A stretch of 64,000 nt of DNA from Lingula anatina. Its lineage: Eukaryota; Animalia; Brachiopoda. Where the stretch lies: the NCBI GenBank assembly GCA_051362555.1, contig CM120649.1, positions 6,820,001 to 6,884,000 of the forward strand, read 5' to 3'. A model generated the notes under the pieces. That model ran no database searches. It had not been told where the DNA came from and was given only the letters and a program-made list of their open reading frames with translations. Positions 1 through 10,427 of this stretch are shown here, piece after piece. A program made the position numbers and the translations under genes. Every line of letters begins with the position of its first letter. Within the stretch, counting starts at the first letter, position 1.

Positions 1-828
1 AAATCACCCCAAAATCACCATTTCCGAGTACATAAATACAAATGTTTATATGCAACTGTGGCTTCTAAATTAGGAAAAACAATAATACAACAAATATGGT
101 CAATATTGTTCAAGGATCACATGAAACTGAAAAGTTTTGACATATAGAATAGGCATAATGTTAGTTACATACGGGAATATTTACAGTAGAACACTCAGAG
201 CATTAAGGATATTGTTACTCTTTATTACCATCCAGATACCGAAAATGAGTTTTTTCCCGCATCTAATTATTCAATAATGTATCTGTCTTTGCGCTGCTTT
301 GAAACAATGAAAAAACTCTTGAAAATATGAAATATCGGCGTTTATATTTTTTCGTTGCAATGTATAAGCATAAGCAACTCAAAGCTTTTATCACGAAAAT
401 TGGCCAATGGACCACAAGGGCATGAGCTACAATCCCATGCCAACGTTTTGGTATAAATGCTTTTGTTATGGAGTTATGAGTCCGTAATGACAGATCTTCT
501 AAAAACAAAGGTTTATTTTGCTTTATCAACGATCAAATCTGAACTAAGGCTTTAAAAAATCGCTGACAGGGTTTTGGGGTACTAAATGGTGTCATTAAAA
601 TGGCTTTGAAATAGTGATCACGGGTGTTCAGGTAAAACAGAAATTTGAGAAACCCATTTAATTCAGTTTTTACCCCCAAACTGCAATTATGCCGTCACCC
701 GTAAGATGACATGTGTAAATGTTAATTACTTTAATCACTGAACACTGAAAATATATTTACCCTGTATCACCGAAAAGAATAAGGAGTTTTGGGTGAACGG
801 TCACAATATCCTTATTGTCTTAATTTAT

Positions 829-1533
829 AACCTAGTCACACTAGAGGCGGAATGAGCTAGAATGTAGTCGGAATGAAAATTTCTTGTTTATTCCTGGATA
901 TTTGAAGTATGTAAAAATTCTAAGCGCATTCTAAATGTTTGGGTCCATTCTTGCAACCTGTTAAAATGTTTTGCTCATTCTCAAAACTTTCGAAGTGCAT
1001 TCCAAGTGGAAAAATATCGAATGGCATTCAAGTGTATTCAAACTGCACTATGAGCGCATTCTTAAGATTCTTACGAAATTCCAACAGCATTCGAAACATT
1101 TTGATCACATTCGAGGGAGAACCGAAATGGCAAGGCGCTTCAAATCTTGTCAGAATGTTCCACATTGTGCTCCCAATGAGTAGGAATGCAACTCGAATGC
1201 ATCTTGATTGCAGGCCGGAATTCAGCCAGCAATGAAACCACACTTGTATGGCATTTGAAGTGCACTATAAATATTCTCACTATATTTAGACAGCATTAAC
1301 GATATTCCTAATGTGTTCCAACTACATTCGAGCTGCATTTGAGAGCTAATACAATACAACTGAAATGTGCACGAATCATTCCAGGTGGGTTCGAAGCGCA
1401 TTCTGAGGTATTCTTACTGGAATTAAGGTCAATTTGATATTACCCAACGAATGTGGCGCGAATTTTGAAAATTCTTCATTATGGCTCATTCTGCTTGATT
1501 ACTTCAGATTCCAAATAAGTGTGACAGGGGGCT
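829..1533. mobile_element. Non-autonomous DNA transposon (probable PIF/Harbinger-type MITE) with dense internal GAATG/CATTC motifs
   Basis: Imperfect terminal inverted repeats CCTAGTCACACT (831) and AGTGTGACAGGGGGC (1518-1532) with TAA/TTA-like flanks. The interior is full of GAATG/CATTC/TCGAA words. The overlapping ORFs in the track look spurious. Confidence 0.5.
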
Positions 1534-1985
1534 TTACAGTGCCTTCTGGTCTCAGGGTATTTCTTGTTGATGCTTTCATGGTGGTGGTGAGATACTCTTA
1601 AACTACACAACTGAATCTAAGTACTATTCCAAGGTCAGGAGCTTGGAGGTTGTAAGAGGTTGATGTCACCTGACAAAGTTTTACCTGTTCTGAAGAAAAT
1701 GAAAATTATACAGCATAAAATTTGTTGGTACTACACATCCATGAAGGTATTTTCAGCATTGTTTTTATACCAAACTGTAATCCATGAATTCAGTATGTAC
1801 ATAATGGCCATTATTTATATTTATCTTAGGCTCGAAGTGTGTATTTTATGTATATGTTTGTTTTAAATAACATATTTTTACAGATGTCACCCTAACAATA
1901 CTGCCAATGTCTTGAATATGCTCATATTTGAACTCAGCAACCCTCAAAACATATAGAAAGACATATTACACATCATTTTTATGTA

Positions 1986-2560
1986 TACTGAACAAAAATA
2001 TAAACGCACGAAAGAATATGTAGATTTATTTTCATATATGGAACTACAATGTAGAGTATATAGCCAAAAATAACAGCATATTTTTCTCGACAAATAGACA
2101 TCACTTTGAGAGCATTAGAGGAAGTTTAAATGCATAGTCCAAGAGTTAGGGCATCAAATACACCATGGGGGTCAACATCCTGAGTTCACAGACACCATTA
2201 AATTTGTGCAGAGCAGTACACCAGCGGCGCATGGACATCACTAAGTTGTCAATAGAGGCCTAAGGGATATTATCCCATTCCTCCTGGAGTGCTTCTTGCA
2301 GTTGGCGAACATTTTCGAGAGCTGGAACATGATGGCTGAAAACTCTGATCCAGAACATTCCACAGGTGTTTGTTGGGCGACATGGTGCATGAGGGTGCAT
2401 GGTTCCTAATGATACCAGTGTCTCTCCCAGACGGCTGAAAGTGGAATGATGCACATTCAGGCATGCTGCAACTTCTGTTACTGACAAGCCAGCATTGAGC
2501 ATGCTGATGGCATGCTCCCTCATGGTTCCAGACATCTGTGGCATGTTGACAAGTGGCAGA
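1986..2560 (-). mobile_element. Internally deleted Tc1/mariner remnant
   Basis: The minus strand encodes a Tc1 N-terminal HTH (MPQMSGTMREHAISMLNAGLSVTEVAACLNVHHSTFSRL) joined directly to C-terminal pieces (HLWNVLD; NVRQLQEALQEEWDNIP*ASIDNLVMSMRRWC). The DDE core is missing. A Tc1-like end TA|TACTGAACAAAAATATAAACGCA is at 1984-2008; the partner TIR was not found. Confidence 0.8.
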
Positions 2561-3159
2561 AATACACATTTTGGTGTGTCCTTTTATTGCCTAGACGGTA
2601 GAGTGTCCGAGTATTGGTCTTGCAGATTGACCTCTACTCCGTCATGCTCCATTAGTCTTATGGGTGTAAAAACTGAAACTTTGAGTATACTCACGGGGAG
2701 CGGCTAAGTGAAACCAGACCACTATAATTGATCAAAACAAATCCATCAGTTCACAAATAAACCATCAACCTGGCCATATTTCATGATTATCCATTTCAAT
2801 TGACCATTTTAGTTTCTTTTTTTTTTTTACTGTGAAAATATGGCCAAAAAGCCATTTCCCGCCTTTTTTCACAAACAAATAGCAGATACCAATATAAATC
2901 TTTAGCTATGGTAAAAAATATTGTCAGATTTGTGTTCAGCAGCAAAAATGGCCATAGAATCCACCTGTTTAAAAAAAATTTTGTCATTTGCCCACCCCTA
3001 GTATTCATCGTGTACACAGTATTTTGACACAGATGACCTGGGACTGTTTGCATATGATTATTTACTTATCAGCCAAAATCCACAAATGATTATGACTTCA
3101 GTGTTGGCTATTTATTAAGTAAATTGGCTATTTATCAAGTAATGTCATTATAAAAATAT

Positions 3160-3468
3160 AAACACCGGCGCGAGCCAGGGCATTTAAACACGTGTCGCAG
3201 AGCAGGGTAGACGAAGGGTTACTGTGGCACCCGTGTGTTCGATGTGCTGGCGGACGTTAAACGAGTGGGAAAACGGCTCAATATTAGTCGACTATTTATT
3301 ACGACTGTGCTGAAACAGATCTATTGGTGAGTGTAAGCGGCGTGTATTATAGTTGGTGTTTTATGTTACTAGGTTCATTTTAAGAGAACCATTTCACTTC
3401 ATGAGGGCAGATAGAGAAAAGATGTTATTAACTTACCACAGAAAAAATATACTGCATTTACAGAAAAT
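3160..3468 (+). repeat. Copy 1 of a ~300-bp dispersed direct repeat (copy 2 at ~9666-9957), with a candidate 5' exon and donor
   Basis: Both copies share AAACGAGTGGGAAAACGGCTCAATATTAGTCGACTATTT...GCTGAAACAGAT...G|GTGAGTGTAAGC...GCATTTACAGAAAAT. The GTGAGT donor is at 3327. Confidence 0.8.
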
Positions 3469-3940
3469 ATATTTAATATCGATTTAATATCCTCTCAATT
3501 GTATCAGCCGGAAGGGGCAAAAAAATTATGAAATGACACTTGGAGAAAATGTGCCATGGTTTAATGACCACTGTAAAATAGGGACGCTGACGTTACTGTT
3601 TTGTTTCACTTTCGTATTTTTAAACGAACCTGGCAACCAGAAACTACCGTCGTTTTTCAAAAATGAACTTTGCAACTAGAAACTAGTGTCCTAAACTAGT
3701 GTCAAAACCGATTCTGGTATAAAGAAACTAGTGTTATTTTATAAAAATGGTTCTGACGCTGAGAAACCATAATCATATTTGCGGTGAGAGACGAGTGAAT
3801 GGGGGAAGAGGTGACTGGCTATTATTCATCCAGAACCTACCCTTGGCGCACTAGCGCACGCACTCGCTCCCAAACACACAATATTCCCTCTCAAAAAGGA
3901 GACGCAGCGCACGGATGTGCATCTGTGCACGGATGAGTAA

Positions 3941-4163
3941 AGCCCCCTTTACACTGGACGGCGTCCTTTCTGCGTCCAGCAGTACGGCCCCATTTGAGAG
4001 TTAAAAAATTAAAATACTTTACGTGCCGACAACTGGCCAATCATTGAGCATTCATTCTGATACAAAATCAATGCTCATGCCTCCTCATTAAGACTACAGC
4101 GATGCCAAATTTCATGGTCGTAGAAAGGACGCAGAAAGAACGCCGTCCAGTGTAAAGGGGGTA
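3941..4163. mobile_element. PIF/Harbinger-type MITE
   Basis: ~35-bp TIRs CCCCCTTTACACTGGACGGCGTCCTTTCTGCGTCC / GGACGCAGAAAGAACGCCGTCCAGTGTAAAGGGGG, with TAA on both sides (3938-3940, 4164-4166). Confidence 0.85.
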
Positions 4164-4177
4164 TAAATTGCATTCTA

Positions 4178-4817
4178 CAGGCTAGACGCTACGGGCCTGA
4201 AAAGCAGTTTTTATTTCCTCGGTGATCTATACTCGGTTTGACACTGGATTATGATGGACAAATGTATGACTGTTTATTTCAGGGTGGTCGTCCTATAAAA
4301 CCAATGGGCCGTGATATTGATAGAGGGCGCCAAAGTCGGAGAAAGGTGCGAAAAATGGACATTTTAGCCTTGTTGTCAATATTTGATTGTTAATTACGTA
4401 AATTTACAAGTGACTTGAACCCCCAAAATCTCTGAATGAATTAACAATATTTCTTTCAATCAGATAACTGATTTTGAAGGCTAAAGAACAAACAATCTTT
4501 TCAAAATCTAAATTGAAACATAGTCTACTTTTCTATACTTTTGCAGCAAATTTGCTATGTTGGTGGTCTTTGGGCGATCATATTTCTTTATATATTGCAC
4601 TGAGAGTAATACAATTTTCCCTGTCCATTAAAAGTTATATTTCTATCTGTCTTACGAAGTTACACTTGTATTACTTCAATATACGCCATAATGCTGCCCA
4701 TCAAACATCGTAAATAATAATTCTGGACCATCAAGCAACTTTTTTTTCATTTACAAAAACTAGCTTAAAATGCATTTATTTCACACATTAAATTTCCAAA
4801 GTGCGGGCTAAATGATG
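4178..4817 (+). repeat. Left arm of a ~640-bp inverted repeat (partner 8528-9177)
   Basis: A near-identical spurious 79-aa ORF appears at 4474-4713(+) and 8632-8871(-). Outer ends CTAGACGCT / AGCGTCTAG; inner ends GTGCGGGCTAAATGAT / ATCATTTAACCTGCAC. Confidence 0.9.
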
Positions 4818-5621
4818 ATTAAATATTTGTAGAGATATGAAAATGCAAAATAAAAAATGTAATGTATCTATTTGTCATCTTGTGCGACGCGCATCTATCC
4901 GCTAATGCATAGCGCATCTTTCCGCTAATATAGGCCATTACACATGCATTTGCTATTGATAAATTGGTTTTTAAAACAGGTAATTGAAATATTATCAACA
5001 TCAATACGTATAGTATATTAGGTGCGGTAACTTGTACAAACATGTAACAAAATAGTTCAGATTTAATTCATAGAAAAGAGCCTTACCATTCTAACGGGAT
5101 ACCAGACCCCTACACGGCTTATTACTTCTCCGATATATTCATTTGTATACTTGAATAATTATACCAAAAATATTATATTTAATTTTAAAGCCCTCATCAC
5201 AGAAAATGGAAATATATCAATCAGCACATGGCAATGTATGTTTGTGAGACGTTAGTACACCTAAATGTCATGATACAAGGCCGGGATTTTGAATCAGACA
5301 GTGGATCTAATCTTACAAGAGCGAAAGAAATCTCATACATACCTCTACCTCACCCACCGTTGATCAGACCCCTGAGACTACGGCGTCTAGATCTGCCGCA
5401 ATATGTACTTCAAGCTATTAAATTGAATCTATTGATTGGTCAGTGTGCAACAGTCAAAATGCAAATTTTCAAAAGACTCACACTATACTGTATCTACTTA
5501 TTAGTGCAATGAACAGGTCTAAAATCATTCTTGATAAAGCTGGGGCATAAAATAGCGTGTCAATTTTTTGTCTATTACAGAACATATATCTAACTGTTGC
5601 TTAGGCTAATTACAAAATGTA

Positions 5622-7006
5622 CACACACTGGACAAAAGAAGTGTCACCCCCTAACTCAGAGTAATAAAAGTAGGCAGATCATGGGTATTTATAATGCCTG
5701 GTCTACTTATAATGTGACTAATGAGTATAAAACCGCTATACCATTGAATTGTATTGTTGGTCTTGTACATGTACAGCAAATGTTATTCCTGTCTTCCTCC
5801 AATATGGCAAGATACAGGCAATTATCTAACGGTTATAGGTGCAAGTTATTAACCTGAAGAGGCGGAATATAAGCAACGTCAGAATATCGATACAATTGAA
5901 TTGTTCAGTCAGAACGGTGCAGAGGGTCTGGTCTCGGTATAGAAACACTGGATCAAGAGACAAATTGCCTCTGATGGGTCGTCCAAGAAAAAATACTGGC
6001 CGTGAAGACCGACGATTGATTTTGATGTCCAGGTTGTCAAAGTTCGACACTGCTTGTCAGTTGACAACACAGTGGAACAATTTCACACATAAGAATGTGT
6101 CTGTGAAAATTGCTAGGCGTCGGTTACATGCTCAGAGAGTGTACAGCAGGGTAGCAAGACTGAAACCTCTTATATCGTTACAAAACAGGCAACGTAGAGC
6201 AAACTAGGGTCAACAGGATCTGGAACTGGACAGTTCATGACAATTGGTCCTATATATTTTTCTGATGAGTGTCGCTTTGGTCTGACCTCTGATGACAGAC
6301 GGGTACTATGCTGGCAAACTGCTGGTAAAGCATTTGAACCACATGCACTGAATTTTCGAACCCAGAGCAGCATATTCATCATGGTGTGGGACTGCATCAG
6401 CATCCATGGCTTGGGCGAATTGATAGTGGTTAATGGAAACATGAATCACTAGAAATATATCGATGTTTTGGAGTCAGGCTTGCTACCATCTATTACTTAC
6501 ATGTTTGGTGACAGGAATTATCCATTTGTTCACCAGGATGACAATGCTCCTTGTCACAGGCCCAGAGCAGTTGATGATTGGTTTGACCAACAGGACATTC
6601 GCAGGGTGATGTGGCCTGCCCAGATTCCGGATGCAAACATAATAGAAAATGTGTGGAATGATATGTCAAAACTTTTGACAAATGCCCGTCTAACCAGCAG
6701 AGAAACTCTGTTATATTCAGTGTTTCATGCTTGGGCCAGCATAAGCCCTGAACGCATCAGACAATTATATGAAACCTTGCTTCGTAGACTGGCACCTATT
6801 ATTAGGTCACGTGGCTATGTCACTAAGTACTAATTTTGGACTTGAAACTGCATATTTTGGTAGAATGTATATTTTGTTCTCATTTTGTGATTTTTTATGA
6901 AATTTGATGTAAATAAAATGATACCAGGAGCATATCATTCCACAGTCATTTATCTCCCCCATAGTATTGGCTCAGTAGGGGTGACACTTCTTTTGTCCAG
7001 TGTGTG
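5622..7006 (+). mobile_element. Full-length Tc1-family (DD34E) DNA transposon, inactivated
   Basis: Perfect 29-bp TIRs CACACACTGGACAAAAGAAGTGTCACCCC (5622-5650) / GGGGTGACACTTCTTTTGTCCAGTGTGTG (6978-7006), with a TA target duplication on both sides. Confidence 0.97.
5804..6833 (+). pseudogene. Tc1-like transposase pseudogene
   Basis: Fragments read MARYRQLS.. / HTH ..CSVRTVQRVWSRY..GRPRKNTGREDRRL / FSDECRF / IMVWDCIS / QDDNAPCH..WPAQIPDANIIENVW. There are 34 residues between the second D and the E. The frame is broken by frameshifts and by stops at ~6207 and ~6452. Confidence 0.95.
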
Positions 7007-8094
7007 TAGGAGTCAATATCATACTATGCACAGAAAAGTGTAGAAAAGCACATTGAAATGTTTGGGAATGGCAGTTTAGTGTCTGTAAGTGGCTAGTTTT
7101 GACATGGCTCTTGAATGAGATTCAGAGAAAGCTTTCGACTTGGCATTTTGCATAATCCTTGTTGTAAACGTTAGCTCGTTGTAAGACTTACAACCCCACT
7201 GGAAGAATAAAACAGAAATGACAGACATTTTGTATTCTCAAGCAGGCCCCGAACCCCATTCTCGTCTGCTCCAGTACAATTTCATTTAAATATTCCATCA
7301 ATAGGGCTTTGAAGTCACTACTTTGCATGCAGCTAATATAACGAATGTGAAAGCATGCATATAAATCCAGAAAAAAAAACTGCTTCCATCCACCCCTGTA
7401 TCTATTCTTGTTGCCGATAAAAATTCTCGTAAAACACCGTCTGATAAAGCAGTGGTAGGCCTACGCTCTATTTTGTCAATAGCACAACAACTGTTACGTG
7501 CGATATACCCTCTGGTTCACAGGGGCCTCTAGCATAGTATACAGAATTGAGGAATACAATAATACAATGTATGTAGCAGACCACCAGTGGACCCTGTGGT
7601 CAGAGTGTACCTCGGCAGATATATTGTAGTCATGACGGTGAACCGTATGACCATCTAAAAAAAAAAATAATAATAATAAATAATAATAAAAAAATAAAAA
7701 GAAAATAAATAAAAATTCTTAATCAACATTTGCATTGCAACACTTACACTGTATTACTTTATGAAGGTTATAGAAACTAGACTTTGATAAGAAGACATTG
7801 CCGAAATTAAGGGGATGGAGTTGTGTAGTCACATGACATGATGTCGAGTGTTCTTGTGCAAGCCGCAGCAGATAGCAGTGACATTATCAAGGAATCAATT
7901 GATTATTTATCCCGATTATTTATCAAAGACTGCAGTATGGACCTAACCCATAGAATGTCCGAATGCTCATGTGCATCTTTCATGAGAGGCACAACATACA
8001 AGTCAAGCTGTTACGCGAGATAGTAATGAAGATAGTAATGAAGATAACCATAAAGATGAAAATAATAATATTTTGTGAATATTGTAATGACTTA

Positions 8095-8308
8095 GACCCC
8101 ATTCCCAGAGATTAGATCGATCCAACTAGATCGACCTAACTCCCTGGGGGTTCACGCTAAAAAGCTGTCAGCCGAGTGGGCACGAAAGTTAATTACCCCC
8201 TTACAGCTTGTAGTGGGCGGGACGGACATTTAAGCCGGATTATCTGACAGTAATCTAGTGAGACTCCCCACGGGGATAGATCGATCTAAAATCTATGGGA
8301 ATGCGCCC
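8095..8308 (+). mobile_element. PIF/Harbinger-type MITE, family X (other copies at 28231-28322 and 57512-57726)
   Basis: Ends GACCCCATTCCCAGAGATT / AATCTATGGGAATGCGCCC with TTA on both sides. The interior closely matches 57512-57726. Confidence 0.85.
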
Positions 8309-8527
8309 TTAAATGATACATATGAGTTCATTTTGTTAATGGTTTCATTAAACAGTGCACTGCATAAGTCAAAATAGTATCTTTAAAAAACTACAATACC
8401 TGCTTTGAATCCATGTGTTAAAATTTTGAAATGCAGCATAATGACATTTATTAGTTTCACAAGTCTGACCTAACATGAGGAATGTCTTGACAGAAATGGC
8501 AAATTAGGTTATTATAAATATGCAGTT

Positions 8528-9177
8528 TATCATTTAACCTGCACCATGACACCTTTACGTATGAAATAAACATATTTTAGGCTAGCTTTTGTTAAAGAAA
8601 AAGGTGTGGTTTGATGGCCCAGAATTATTATTTACGATGTTTGATGGGCAGCATTATGGCGTATATTGAAGTAATACAAGTGTAACTTCGTAAGACAAAC
8701 AGAAATATAACTTTTAATGGACAGAGAAAATTGTATTACTCTCAGTGCAATGTATAAAGAAATATGATCGCCCAAAGACCACCAACATAGTAAATTTGCT
8801 GCAATAGTATAGAAAAGTAGACTATGTTTCAATTTAGATTTTGAAAAGATTGTTTGTTCTTTAGCCTTCAAAATCAGTTATCTTATTGAAAGAAATATTG
8901 TTGATTCATTTAGAGATTTTGGGGATTCAAGTCACTTGTAAATTTACGTAATCACCGATCAAATATTGACAACAAAGCTAAATTGTCATTTTTTCGCATC
9001 TTCTGCTAACTTTAGCGCCCTCTTTTAATGTCACGGCCCATTGGTTTTATAGGACGACCACCCTGAAATAAAACGCCATACATTGGTCTATCATAACCCA
9101 GTGTCAAACCGAGTATAGATTGCCGAGGAATTAAAAGTTTCTTTATAAGCCTCTTTTCAGGATCAGCGTCTAGTCTA
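8528..9177 (-). repeat. Right arm of the ~640-bp inverted repeat (partner 4178-4817)
   Basis: Reverse complement of 4178-4817; the core is nearly identical and the ends are more diverged. Confidence 0.9.
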
Positions 9178-9665
9178 CAATACCCCGAGTTCGCTAGTCA
9201 AGTGATATCATGCAAGAACGCCTTTTATCGCGGTTTTTAATTTACCAAGTCAAGTGACTTGTATAAACAACCGGCATAGGTAATAGGGAGAGCGGGTGAG
9301 TTAGATCACGTAATTTAGGGAAACATATCAATCTGAAACACAATGGGGAAGGCAAGGTAATACCTGTTTCTACAACACAATTTTGAATGGACGTAATGAC
9401 CATGGGATATTCGAATTAAAAGCTAAACGATATTCTACAAAGTATATACTTTTTAATACATACAATCAACAGAACCTTTTCAAAATACTTCCTCAAAATG
9501 CCACCAGGTAAGCATAATGAATCAAATCAACCAGAATGCAGCTTTGTTGATTTTAAGTTCCTTACTTTTTTGGCTGTTTATTGCCATAATATTATTGTTT
9601 GAATTAGTGTAGGGAAGTGTTGACTATTTATTGAGATGCACACGCTTGGTTAGTCGTTCTAAGGA

Positions 9666-9957
9666 TAAATACCGGCGAAAGCCAATGCATTAAAACCCGT
9701 ATCACAGAAGTAGCGCCTTCGTGTTCGATGCGCTGTGCATCTGGCTGTGGTAAAACGAGTGGGAAAACGGCTCAATATTAGTCGACTATTTATTGCTGAA
9801 ACAGATTTATCGGTGAGTGTAAGCTGCGTGTATTATGGATGTTGTTTTATGTTACCAAGTCCATTTTAGGAAAACCATTTCACTTGTTCAGCGCAGAATG
9901 TGTAAAAATAGTAATTAACTTACCACAAGAAAAAAATACATTGCATTTACAGAAAAT
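9666..9957 (+). promoter_or_regulatory. Copy 2 of the ~300-bp repeat; candidate promoter/non-coding 5' exon of the exon-array gene (donor GTGAGT at 9813)
   Basis: Locally CpG-rich, with a strong donor ~600 bp upstream of the acceptor TATCTTGCAG|10421 of the first coding exon. The function is inferred. Confidence 0.45.
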
Positions 9958-10427
9958 GCGTGGAAACAGGGTATTGGGCCCACAAACCATCACTGGGGGT
10001 AGGGGTGGGAGGGCAACCTGTCTAACAGCTGGAATTAAGCTGAGCAAGCACACAAGAAAGCTAATTACCACCTAGCTTTTCAAGGAGGCGTGTCAGACAA
10101 TTATGTTATTTACATTGGTTGAACTTTAGTAGTGTGTTAAAATTATCTCTGCAGAGTTGGATTGCCCCAGCTGTCTGAATCTGAATGCGGCCTAATTAAC
10201 ATTTAAAATGTGATAATATAACATAAGGCAAGATTGTGATCAGTAAAAAGTTAAAAATATACATGTACTGTACACATACATGGTTCATTTTCAAATTTTT
10301 TGGTTAAATTATTGTGTGACACAACTTGAACAATAATTTTTTAGTGGTGTGCAAAGCTACTTCTGTTGAATAACCTTAAGTACAGAAAGAAAATTATCAC
10401 ATTTTCATTGTATCTTGCAGAGTTTAG

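Noticed and set aside
1-815. Possible right end of a DNA transposon running off the window (..GGGTGAACGGTCACA)
   Set aside because: The partner end is not visible and there is no coding evidence, so it cannot be classified.
4474-8871. Pair of near-identical 79-aa ORFs as duplicated genes
   Set aside because: TTG starts, AT-rich and no recognisable motif; explained by the inverted repeat arms.
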